NCBI GenBank assembly: GCA_964622275.1
Contig: CAZUMX010000002.1
Span: forward strand, 3,247-58,199
Direction: 5' to 3'
DNA length: 54,953 nt
Source of the DNA: an uncultured Candidatus Saccharibacteria bacterium
Lineage (GTDB): Bacteria > Patescibacteriota > Minisyncoccia > Phycocordibacterales > UBA6899
Below the pieces are notes generated by a model. The model ran no database searches, was not told the DNA's origin, and saw only the letters and a list, made by a program, of their open reading frames with translations. The first letter of the stretch is position 1. Each line of letters opens with the position of its first letter. A program made the position numbers and the translations under genes. Positions 45,865 to 54,600 of this stretch are shown here, in pieces.

Positions 45865-46278
45865 TCATGAATCTTTGAGATGTTTTTGCATAGTAAAGTT
45901 AAAGAAATAATTTGCACTAAATGTAAACATTCCAACGAGAGCACCGGTGAACACTCTTCCGATATATGGGTCAAATCCTTCTTTTTCTACAAGAAGCTGC
46001 AAGATTCCAACGGTTAATCCTACGCCAACACATGCAATAAAAAGAAAATAGACGTATCCAATGCCAAAATGTCGTTCCGATTCTCCAAACACCCACGAAC
46101 GACTGAAAATATAATTGAGAGAAACAGAAAACAAAAATGCTATTGATGCGGCAGACAAATAATACACACCATTCGTCTTTAAATACCAATAGAGTAAGAG
46201 ATCGAGGAAAAACGTGCTTCCACCCACAACGCAGTATCCTGCGAGTTTCCGCCAGTATGGTGGCAAACGGTTTATCAT
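45865..46278 (-). CDS. GtrA-family membrane protein
   Basis: It has four TM helices plus KLAGYCVVGGSTFFLDLLLYW and the RSWVF motif. The start is taken at MINRL (46278). Confidence 0.6.
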   Translation of the reverse strand: MINRLPPYWRKLAGYCVVGGSTFFLDLLLYWYLKTNGVYYLSAASIAFLFSVSLNYIFSRSWVFGESERHFGIGYVYFLFIACVGVGLTVGILQLLVEKEGFDPYIGRVFTGALVGMFTFSANYFFNFTMQKHLKDS

Positions 46279-46337
46279 AAGGACAAGTGTATCATTGCTC
46301 GCCAATGTCTGCTTTGAAATGGTACAATCTTCGCTAT

Positions 46338-46748
46338 ATGGATCAAAAAACATCTTATATTGCCGCTGCGGTTATCGGCATTCTTCTTATTGGTGGTTTT
46401 GTATTTCTTGGTTCACAAGGGGGATTTTCAAAGCCTGCCCCAGTAGAAAACGCATCTGTGACAGCATTCGCAACATGTCTGAAGGAAAAAGGAGCGACAT
46501 TTTATGGAGCATTCTGGTGTCCGCACTGCCAGGCTCAAAAGAAGCTCTTTGGCGCTTCTGCAAAAGACCTTCCTTATGTTGAGTGTTCAACACCAGACGG
46601 GCAAGCTCAACTGCCAATTTGTAAAGAAAAAAATATCAGCTCTTACCCAACATGGGTATTTGCTGACGGAACAATCTCCACAGGGGAGTTGACCTTCGAG
46701 CAGCTAGCCGAAAAGACGGGGTGTACCGCTCCTGTCATTGGATCATAA
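46338..46748 (+). CDS. Membrane-anchored thioredoxin-fold protein (CxxC)
   Basis: An N-terminal TM helix is followed by FYGAFWCPHCQAQKKLFG. The start is taken at MDQKTS (46338). Confidence 0.7.
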   Translation: MDQKTSYIAAAVIGILLIGGFVFLGSQGGFSKPAPVENASVTAFATCLKEKGATFYGAFWCPHCQAQKKLFGASAKDLPYVECSTPDGQAQLPICKEKNISSYPTWVFADGTISTGELTFEQLAEKTGCTAPVIGS

Positions 46749-46767
46749 TAGTGGTATTAGCCTAGGT

Positions 46768-47349
46768 ATGACTGAGCAGGCTCAAATTGCCACGCAAATT
46801 CTTGTATTTCTCACCTTGGCGATGGATGTGCTCATCGTGCTTTTGGTTGGGTGCTGGATTTTTGCAAGACATTGGCTCTACCAGGTTTTTCGTGCATCTC
46901 CTCTCTGCGCAAGATGCATTGCAGCACTCTGTGCACTCTGTGCTCTTGTGGGCAGTATGATCTATAGCGCTGTAACGGGTTTCGCCCCGTGCCCACTGTG
47001 CATTACGTCAAGAATTCTTGTGGGGCTTCTTGTTGTGACACTTCCACTTCCTTCACTGAGACCAAGTCTTGAGGGGGTAACTCATCGTTTTGGGATAGCG
47101 TTTTCTATTCTCGGTATGTTGGTCAGCGGATACCAATATGTCCTCCAGTGGATGGCGCTCACGGGAACACATCTCCCATGCCCAGCGATTGAAGGACTTC
47201 CGACATGTGACCGCATATATTTTATTGAATTCGGATTTGTCACTATTCCATTTGTGGCATTCTCAACCTTTGTTCTTATCTTTGTGTTGCTCGTGCTTCA
47301 CAAAAAGACTTCGCCTAGTGCACCAGCCGCTGAATCAATCGGTCAATAA
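46768..47349 (+). CDS. DsbB/BdbC-like disulfide bond formation protein
   Basis: It has four TM helices. The first Cys pair is APCPLCITSR and the second is LPCPAIEGLPTC. The start is taken at MTEQAQ (46768). Confidence 0.55.
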   Translation: MTEQAQIATQILVFLTLAMDVLIVLLVGCWIFARHWLYQVFRASPLCARCIAALCALCALVGSMIYSAVTGFAPCPLCITSRILVGLLVVTLPLPSLRPSLEGVTHRFGIAFSILGMLVSGYQYVLQWMALTGTHLPCPAIEGLPTCDRIYFIEFGFVTIPFVAFSTFVLIFVLLVLHKKTSPSAPAAESIGQ

Positions 47350-48010
47350 CTTGTGTTACTTTATCGTGGCCCCACACCGTTTCTCCTAAAAGGAGGAGAG
47401 CACGGAACATGAGAATAATACCTATGGCATACGCAATCACGAGGTCTGATTTTTCGCTCAGTATTCCTAAGGCGATGCTTGCACCTAGCACTGGAAGGAT
47501 GATGTTTTTTACGAGATCAGTAAGAACATGAAAATGATAACCGGAGTGAGCCGCATGTCTGTGGGCTTCGCTTACTTGAGAGAGAAGTTTGTGTTGAGTG
47601 TAATTCACCCCTGCTGCCGTGAGTGAAAAGATAAAGAGCAGAAGGCCGTGAACAACATGTTCGTGTCCACCCTCCAGTGCTTCCTCGGCTTCAAGGATGA
47701 CGTGCGCTCCAATGCCGAGAAGAAAAATCGAAGTAACAATTCCACCAATAAGGATGGGGACTCTGCTGCGCTCGTGAGACCCTTTTACAATAGCGTGAGC
47801 TACCGAGAGGGGAATAAGTGCGAGAAAAGAATCTGTGACGATGTGACCAATATCGGCGAGAAGAGCAAGTGATCCAGACAAAATGGACCCAGTGACCTCA
47901 AGTGCAACAATAATAAAGGTTAAAAACCAGACCCGTGCATACAGGTTTCTATATGTGAGGGCTTCTTCTTTGCTCGGAACATTTGGGTGCGCAGCATGAT
48001 CATGCAGCAT
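47315..48010 (-). CDS. Cation diffusion facilitator (CDF) transporter, membrane domain only
   Basis: HxxxD motifs occur in LLADIGHIVTDSF and HFHVLTDLV. At only 231 aa there is no room for the usual C-terminal cytoplasmic domain. Confidence 0.65.
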   Translation of the reverse strand: MLHDHAAHPNVPSKEEALTYRNLYARVWFLTFIIVALEVTGSILSGSLALLADIGHIVTDSFLALIPLSVAHAIVKGSHERSRVPILIGGIVTSIFLLGIGAHVILEAEEALEGGHEHVVHGLLLFIFSLTAAGVNYTQHKLLSQVSEAHRHAAHSGYHFHVLTDLVKNIILPVLGASIALGILSEKSDLVIAYAIGIILMFRALLLLGETVWGHDKVTQVIDRLIQRLVH

Positions 48011-48076
48011 AAGATACTCATTATATCATAAAGGGAACATATTTTAGCTCTTCTGTTCGATGATTTCATGCGAATG

Positions 48077-48117
48077 AAAAAACCGAGAAGCATATCAATG
48101 GATATGATTCTCGGTTT
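48077..48117 (-). terminator. Rho-independent terminator of the twin small-gene unit
   Basis: AAACCGAGAA...TTCTCGGTTT (10 bp) with an inner CATATC/GATATG stem. On the minus strand it is followed by a T-tract. Confidence 0.65.
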
Positions 48118-48182
48118 GGGGACAGAACCCTCAAGCATGTTGTGGTTGGAGAGTGTTATTTTCATTGCGGCTCTCCCGATGG

Positions 48183-48431
48183 TTAGTGTCTTCGTTCCAG
48201 AAGTTCGAACCCTCTGGGCCTCCCATCCTCATCCTTGTGGAGTCGAATCGATGCGGTTCTCAGGAGCTCGCTCAACACCAACTTGTACCTTCCGTAGTAT
48301 GGGTCTGAGACCGAACGCCGCTTGCCGACGACGTCCCACAGTGTGGTGCACGGGACGACAGCGTTTCCTGTGCGCCTTGCGTCTCGAAGGGTCTTGCGAA
48401 TGTCTTCGCGGATCTCTTCTCCGATGGTCAT
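48183..48431 (-). CDS. Small basic protein (82 aa), paralog A of a twin pair; possibly winged-helix-like
   Basis: The context is GGAAAGGAGGTGAGAAGC-ATG, a perfect AGGAGG with an 8-nt spacer, so the ATG at 48431 is preferred over the GTG at 48440. The gene is GC-richer than its surroundings. Confidence 0.55.
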   Translation of the reverse strand: MTIGEEIREDIRKTLRDARRTGNAVVPCTTLWDVVGKRRSVSDPYYGRYKLVLSELLRTASIRLHKDEDGRPRGFELLERRH

Positions 48432-48467
48432 GCTTCTCACCTCCTTTCCTCTCTTTGAGTTGGGACA

Positions 48468-48719
48468 TTAATGATGCTTGTGGCGAACGGGCCAGTATCG
48501 GATGAGACCTCTTCCCTCAATCTGACGAAAAATTCCATCCGATACCACGACCTTCGTCAGTGCGGCTCTGAATATACCGTTATCGATTTCTCGGTGAAGA
48601 CTCTTTTTCACTGCTTCATGGAGATCGTCGTAACTCCACAAGGAACGAAAGCGCCCGCGTGCGCAACGAGTCAGTGCTGTTCGCGTCTCTTCAACTTGTT
48701 CATGCGTACGTGTTGTCAA
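48468..48719 (-). CDS. Small basic protein (83 aa), paralog B of the twin pair
   Basis: The 5' context is the same, GAAGGAGGTGAGTTC-TTG. The track start (GTG 48728) lies inside the SD, so TTG 48719 is preferred. The layout matches paralog A (xLWxxxD...hydrophobic helix...GR-containing hairpin...His-rich end). Confidence 0.5.
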   Translation of the reverse strand: MTTRTHEQVEETRTALTRCARGRFRSLWSYDDLHEAVKKSLHREIDNGIFRAALTKVVVSDGIFRQIEGRGLIRYWPVRHKHH

Positions 48720-48883
48720 AGAACTCACCTCCTTCTTTCGGGCTCGGTTGTGTGGGCCGGTGGGGCAGTCAGCTTCAGGACTTGTATTGTATCAATAGTT
48801 CCCACTTGCATTCCAGTAGAGATGTATGGTCTGCTTTTCTATGGCTTAATAGAAACATGAGAGGGAACTCGTGTGCTACACTC

Positions 48884-49423
48884 ATGTTTGTGACTCCTGA
48901 AAGAAAAGCAAAAATTGAGAAAGTCATGAACTCGCGTCAGTCCGGTGTCATTCTCGTTCTCGAAGATGTACACGATCCGCACAATGCTGGCGCTGTTTTG
49001 AGGTCAGCTGAGGCTTTTGGAGTGGGAGAAATTTGGGTTGTCTATGAAAAAGAAACATACATGAATCTTCGGAGAGTAGGAAGACACTCATCTTCATCTG
49101 CAAACAAGTGGCTCTCAATCAATTTTTTTAGATCTTCTCGTGCGTGCATGACTGCACTCAAAAGAAAAAAATATAAAACATACGCGACAGTGCTTCATGA
49201 AAAGAAGGCAAAAAATATTTTTTCCACATCGTTTAAAAGAGGAAAGATCGCGCTCCTCTTAGGAAATGAGCATCGAGGATTATCCCAATATATGAAAGAC
49301 CGTTCTGATGTCCTTTTGTCCATTCCGATGCGTGGTTTTGTCGAATCGCTGAATATCTCAGTTTGTGCAGGAATTATTCTTTTCGAAGTGACTAGGCAGC
49401 GCCAACAAACAAAAAAAATTTAG
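48884..49423 (+). CDS. TrmH/SpoU-family RNA 2'-O-methyltransferase
   Basis: Motifs are VILVLEDVHDPHNAGAVLRSAEAFGV, LLLGNEHRGLS and IPMRGFVESLNISV. The start is taken at MFVTPERKAKIEKV (48884). Confidence 0.85.
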   Translation: MFVTPERKAKIEKVMNSRQSGVILVLEDVHDPHNAGAVLRSAEAFGVGEIWVVYEKETYMNLRRVGRHSSSSANKWLSINFFRSSRACMTALKRKKYKTYATVLHEKKAKNIFSTSFKRGKIALLLGNEHRGLSQYMKDRSDVLLSIPMRGFVESLNISVCAGIILFEVTRQRQQTKKI

Positions 49424-49833
49424 AAAGGATGAATTGCACAGATTGGATATACATTACATCCAAAAAGAAGTGACCAAATGCCTACGAACATGCCACATAG
49501 CCCAATCCACGATTGGAAAAGAACAAGTTTTTGAATAAGTTCCTGGAGGACAGAAATGTGCTCCAATCGTTCACGAGAAAGCAGTAGTCCGAGAAGTATC
49601 GCTGGCGGAGCCTGAATAAGGCTTTCTCCAAGGTAGGGGATATTGAGGGAGATAATACCAAGACGTTCGATTAAACCAATCAGTCCGAGAAGAAGTGTCA
49701 GAACACCAATGATGTTTTTATATGGGAGAATCTTTTGGTGGATATTCTCGATAAATTCTTTTGCGCCGAGTGACGCCACATATCGAGAAGAAATCAGAAA
49801 TCCTGAAGCGATATTGAGTGTTTGAAGCACCAT
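49420..49833 (-). CDS. Hypothetical membrane protein
   Basis: 137-aa ORF with 3-4 hydrophobic segments. I recognise no family. Confidence 0.35.
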   Translation of the reverse strand: MVLQTLNIASGFLISSRYVASLGAKEFIENIHQKILPYKNIIGVLTLLLGLIGLIERLGIISLNIPYLGESLIQAPPAILLGLLLSRERLEHISVLQELIQKLVLFQSWIGLCGMFVGIWSLLFGCNVYPICAIHPF

Positions 49834-50005
49834 ACCTACTAAGCATCTCCCTCATTCTGAGGTGTGTCAATATAATAAGAAATCTTTTAAGAACAAAGTC
49901 AATAGTGACAGGCGATAGGATGGTGTTAGCATGATCACCAGCTTTCCGATCTTTGGGTTCACGTTCTCGTGCTCGTGGTTGAGCGCTACTCATTATTTAT
50001 AGATA

Positions 50006-50032
50006 CAGCAACACCGGGTTGCTGGGTTTTTT
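50006..50032 (+). terminator. Terminator-like hairpin 15 nt upstream of the giant gene's start codon
   Basis: CAGCAAC-accgg-GTTGCTG followed by GGTTTTTT. No plus-strand gene ends immediately upstream. Confidence 0.4.
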
Positions 50033-50046
50033 ATCTCTTTCGCATT

Positions 50047-53000
50047 ATGAAGAAAGGACAACTTGTGCGTGGGTCAAAGACCCTCGGGCTTTTTGTTATT
50101 GGAACTGTGCTTCTCGCACAGGTTTTTGGTGGTGCTATTTCTATAGCATCTGCGCAATCAGAAGTTACACAGCCCGACAACACTCAGGTTGTAGAACCAT
50201 CGCCAGCCCCTGCGCCAGAAGCAGTATCACAAGATGCTCTCACCCCTGACGTTTTAGAAGAAGCTCCTCAACCAATTGTCGAGCAAACTCCTGAACCAGC
50301 CCCAGTACCAGAAGCGCCTCCTGCTCTCGATACGCCAACAGATGTTCCTTCTGAGGTTGTAGAACCTACTCCAACGGAGGAGCCAGCTCCTATCTCGCCC
50401 GATGTTCCACCCACCACAACCGATGATTCAACCACCATCGAGAACGGTACTTCACAGACCCAAGATCCATCTACTACCGAAGAGACCATAGTTCCAGCAG
50501 AAGACACGCAAGTCGCTGCAGTCTCTCTTCCAGAACTCTCGACCGAAAAGGATGACTACCACCCAGGAGAGACCGCAACTATCTTTGGCCGCTTCTTTGG
50601 CGCATTTCAGCAAGTATTTTTGAAGATATTTGGTGACGATGGAAATGGTGGAAACTATACCGAGTCAACACAAGAAGTCACTGCCGATGAAAACGGGTCT
50701 TTCGTCACAACGTACGTACTCGAAAATATCTATCGACCTCTCTATACCGTAGTCGCAAGTGCGCTTTCAGGCGAAGAAATTACTCGTGTGACATTCACAG
50801 ACAGTACGAGTGGGCCAAATAATGCTGGGGCAGGAGCGAATGTGAATGGTCCTGGTACTGGAGGGTCATGGACAAATACCGGAAACATACTTGCGGATGA
50901 TACAAACTATGCAACGGTGACGATCGGAACCAATGGCACTAGTGAATATCTGCAGGCGACAAATTACGGATTTTCCATTCCAGCTGGAGCGGTAATCAAC
51001 GGAATTCAGGTAACCCTTGCGCGACAGAGTTCATCAAACACTGGGGGCGCGAGTACAAATGATGCAGACCTCAATCTCCTAAAGGGAGGAGTGATAGTAG
51101 GTACAGATAAGGCGGTAACTACGGATTGGCCCACGACCATGACCCCCACAACCTACGGTGGAGTTGCAGATCTATGGGGAACCACATGGACTCCCGCAGA
51201 TATCAACGCATCCAACTTCGGAGTCTCTCTTTCTGTTCTAAATCAGAGCGGTTTTTCAAATCGCACAGCATCAGTCGACTATATTCAAATCACAGTCACT
51301 TACACACTTCTTCAACCTGACCTTACCATCACTAAATCAAATACCGTTGGTGGCGTTGCGGGTCTTGGTGGTTCATTCAATTGGCAGCTCTTAGTGTCGA
51401 ATACCGGAAACGCATCGTCGACGTTTGCCGTCGGACAGACGCTCATGACAGATCAGCTTCCAACATCAGGTGCAACATATGGCTCGCCCACAGTTGGTTC
51501 AACTGCAACAACGGGAACAGTAAATTGCTCTATTGTTGGTACTGATTTGGGTTGTACTGCGGGAACCAGTGTCGTCATTCCTCCGGGAGGAACGGTCACT
51601 GTGACTATTCCCGTTACTCCTACAAACACGGGGACACTGACAAACCCATTTTCTGGTGGTGTATGTTCTGTTGACCCAAACAACGTCATCACAACTGAAA
51701 GCAGCGAAGGAAATAATTCCTGCACGTCAAACTCAGTCACTGTGAGTGTGTTGCCAGATCTTATTGTGACAAAGACGAATGATCTTGGCGGAGAAAATGC
51801 TGTCGCAGGAACGCCATTTACCTGGTCGATGGCAATCGCAAATACTGGTGGAGCAACGGCGACATTTGGTCCAGGGTTCTCTGTGTTCCGTGATAGTCTT
51901 CCTGCCACAACAACCGCATCATACGGAACACCAACGGTGACTTTTGAAAACGGTGTGACAGGTGTGGTGAACTGCACCATTCTTCCCACCAATACGCTTG
52001 AGTGTACGACAGGGGGGAGTGTCGTGATCCCGACAGACGGAATCATTAATATTTCTCTTCCCGTTACTCCACTTGTTTTTGGCTCGCTCATAAACCCTCG
52101 TGCAGGAGGGGTATGTGTTGTTGATCCTACTGGAGTGGTGACTGAGACGAATACAACAAACAATGGGTGTGCGGATAGTGTGAGTGTGGCTGACCCTGTT
52201 GCTCCAACCGTTGTTTCCATCAATCGTGCATCAACATCTCCATCAAACGCGACAAACGCAGTGTGGTCTGTGGTCTTCAGTGAGGGAGTGACAGGTGTGA
52301 ATGCAGCAGATTTCACTCTTGTGAATGGAGGTCTTACTGCACCAGCAATTGCGACGGTCACAGGGACAGGAACAACATATACTGTGACTGCTTCAACGGG
52401 TGGTGGGACTGGGACGCTTGGCCTCAATCTTATTGATGATGATTCTATTCGTGACTCAGCCAACAACATGCTTGGTGGAAGTGGCCTTGGAAACGGGAAC
52501 TTTACAGGTCAGGAATACACGATTGACCGTGTTGCCCCAACGGTTACTGTCAATCAGGCTGTTGCTCAAGCGGACCCTACGAATATTGGATCAGTCGTCT
52601 TTACTGTCACGTTCAGTGAGCCTGTGAATGGGTTTGCTACAAACGACATTACGATCGGCGGAACAGCAGGAGGAACAAAGACCGCAACCATCTCTACAAC
52701 AAGCGCGACGACTTTTGATGTCACAATCACCTGGGCACCGTCGACCGCAGGAACAGTGACGGCATCCATTGCAGCAAGCCGCGTCACTGATGCTGTTGGG
52801 AACAGCAACACCGCATCAACGTTCACCGATAATACGGTTCAGTACAATCTTCCGACATACAATATCACGTCGAGTGCAAGCACGGGCGGGACAATTACCC
52901 CGAATGGAACAACACCAGTTTCGCTGAATGCAAATCAGGCCTATAGTAGTGTTCCGAGTGCGGGGAATATTTTGAATCAAGTGATTGTTGATGGCATTGC

Positions 53001-54600
53001 CCAGGCGACACGTCCTCAGACCTTTACGTTCACAGGCGTCACGACAACACACAGTATTATTGCGAACTTTGATAGTGGATGGAGCGCACCAACGGCAAAT
53101 CCAGCGAACAATGGAGCTGGAACCCCAACGAATGCATATTCATCGAATGATGGCTATGCGACACTGACCTCAAGTGCGAATACCACAGATTACGGAAACT
53201 TTGGCCTCTCAATCCCTCCAGGAGCAACCATCACGGGAATTCAAGTCGCTGTTGAGGGGAATACTTCAGGACGAAATCCGACTGTCGCAATCTCAAAGAA
53301 CGCAGGTGCCGCATATACCACCGCACGCACGATAACCCTGACCACAGGGGATGCCACAGTCATCACAGGAAGTTCGACGGATTTGTGGTCGACAACGTGG
53401 ACCGCTGCAGATATTACGAATGCAAACTTCCGTCTCCGTGTCGGTGCTACGACGGGAGGTGGAACTGCCTCACTCGATCAGGTTCAGGTCAAGGTTTCTT
53501 ATCTTGCAGACACTGTTGCCCCAGTCCTTGCCGAAGTAACCCCAGTGCCGACACTCACGAACGACAATACACCGAACTACACGTTTAGTTCTACAGAAGC
53601 GGGAACCATTGTGTATGGAGGTGATTGCTCGAGTGTTTCGACGACCGCATCTGTCGGGAGTAATACAAAGACATTCAGCACACTCTCAGATGGACTTCAT
53701 GACAACTGTACTGTCAGTGTTGTGGACCTCGCAGGAAATACCAGCACACCACTTTCGGTTTCAGCATTTACTGTCGACACTCAGGCACCAGTTATTACTG
53801 TCCTTGGGAATGATCCAGAAACCATCGCTTTTGGCGGAACCTACGTTGACGCAGGTGCGACAGCGACAGAAGGTGCGACAGTCGTGACAACAGGATCTGT
53901 GAACACAGCTATTGTTGGTGACTACACACTTTTCTATAACGCTACTGACACTGCAGCGAATAGTGCTGTAGAAAAAACTCGCCTCGTCCATGTGGTGCAG
54001 GCTTCTCAGACGATTACCTTCGGTGCACTTGCTGGAAAAACGTACGGCGACGCTGACTTCATAGTCTCTGCAACCTCTGACTCTGGACTTCCGGTTACCT
54101 TTACGACAACAGGAAATTGTACAAACACGGGGGACTCGATCCACCTCACTGGTGCAGGCTCCTGTACAGTGACCGCACATCAAGCGGGGGACACGAACTA
54201 CACAGCAGCCGCTGACGTAGATCAAACATTTGCTATCGCACAAGCAAGCTCGAGTGTCACTATCGTGTGTCCAGCAGGTGTGGTGTACGACGGATCCGCT
54301 CAGACCCCATGTACTGCCACGGTGACAGGGTTTGGTGGGCTCAATCAATCCATTCCTGTGATTCACACCAACAACACGGATGTTGGAACCGCAAATGCAG
54401 ACGCAACATTCCTCGGTGACGCAGATTACACGGGATCATCTGACGCAAAGACATTTGCCATTACTCCTGCAACGTCTACGACTATTGTGACGTGTTCGGC
54501 AAGTGAGGTGTATACCGGTTCACCAATTACTCCGTGTACAGTAAGCGTCACAGGAGCAGGCGGACTTTCTCCTCACTCCTTCGGCGGACTATACCGATAA
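50047..54600 (+). CDS. Giant secreted surface protein with many domains, from N- to C-terminus: a Pro/Glu/Thr-rich linker; the first copy of a ~130-aa beta-sandwich-like domain; two DUF11/CARDB-like repeats; Ig-like domains, with the second ~130-aa copy among them; and MBG-type repeats
   Basis: The start is taken at MKKGQLVRG (50047), with signal peptide LFVIGTVLLAQVFGGAISIASAQ. It has tandem LTITKSN.../LIVTKTN... repeats, VAPTV...Ig-like modules and QAPVITVLGNDPETIAFGGTYVDAGATA. The frame stops at 54598-54600 but the protein pattern continues in the +1 frame. Confidence 0.85.
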   Translation: MKKGQLVRGSKTLGLFVIGTVLLAQVFGGAISIASAQSEVTQPDNTQVVEPSPAPAPEAVSQDALTPDVLEEAPQPIVEQTPEPAPVPEAPPALDTPTDVPSEVVEPTPTEEPAPISPDVPPTTTDDSTTIENGTSQTQDPSTTEETIVPAEDTQVAAVSLPELSTEKDDYHPGETATIFGRFFGAFQQVFLKIFGDDGNGGNYTESTQEVTADENGSFVTTYVLENIYRPLYTVVASALSGEEITRVTFTDSTSGPNNAGAGANVNGPGTGGSWTNTGNILADDTNYATVTIGTNGTSEYLQATNYGFSIPAGAVINGIQVTLARQSSSNTGGASTNDADLNLLKGGVIVGTDKAVTTDWPTTMTPTTYGGVADLWGTTWTPADINASNFGVSLSVLNQSGFSNRTASVDYIQITVTYTLLQPDLTITKSNTVGGVAGLGGSFNWQLLVSNTGNASSTFAVGQTLMTDQLPTSGATYGSPTVGSTATTGTVNCSIVGTDLGCTAGTSVVIPPGGTVTVTIPVTPTNTGTLTNPFSGGVCSVDPNNVITTESSEGNNSCTSNSVTVSVLPDLIVTKTNDLGGENAVAGTPFTWSMAIANTGGATATFGPGFSVFRDSLPATTTASYGTPTVTFENGVTGVVNCTILPTNTLECTTGGSVVIPTDGIINISLPVTPLVFGSLINPRAGGVCVVDPTGVVTETNTTNNGCADSVSVADPVAPTVVSINRASTSPSNATNAVWSVVFSEGVTGVNAADFTLVNGGLTAPAIATVTGTGTTYTVTASTGGGTGTLGLNLIDDDSIRDSANNMLGGSGLGNGNFTGQEYTIDRVAPTVTVNQAVAQADPTNIGSVVFTVTFSEPVNGFATNDITIGGTAGGTKTATISTTSATTFDVTITWAPSTAGTVTASIAASRVTDAVGNSNTASTFTDNTVQYNLPTYNITSSASTGGTITPNGTTPVSLNANQAYSSVPSAGNILNQVIVDGIAQATRPQTFTFTGVTTTHSIIANFDSGWSAPTANPANNGAGTPTNAYSSNDGYATLTSSANTTDYGNFGLSIPPGATITGIQVAVEGNTSGRNPTVAISKNAGAAYTTARTITLTTGDATVITGSSTDLWSTTWTAADITNANFRLRVGATTGGGTASLDQVQVKVSYLADTVAPVLAEVTPVPTLTNDNTPNYTFSSTEAGTIVYGGDCSSVSTTASVGSNTKTFSTLSDGLHDNCTVSVVDLAGNTSTPLSVSAFTVDTQAPVITVLGNDPETIAFGGTYVDAGATATEGATVVTTGSVNTAIVGDYTLFYNATDTAANSAVEKTRLVHVVQASQTITFGALAGKTYGDADFIVSATSDSGLPVTFTTTGNCTNTGDSIHLTGAGSCTVTAHQAGDTNYTAAADVDQTFAIAQASSSVTIVCPAGVVYDGSAQTPCTATVTGFGGLNQSIPVIHTNNTDVGTANADATFLGDADYTGSSDAKTFAITPATSTTIVTCSASEVYTGSPITPCTVSVTGAGGLSPHSFGGLYR

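Noticed and set aside
51453-52469. 338-aa ORF antisense to the 3' giant surface-protein gene
   Set aside because: It is a shadow of a Thr/Gly/Val-rich coding frame. The translation is Val/Pro/Thr-rich low complexity with no signals of its own.
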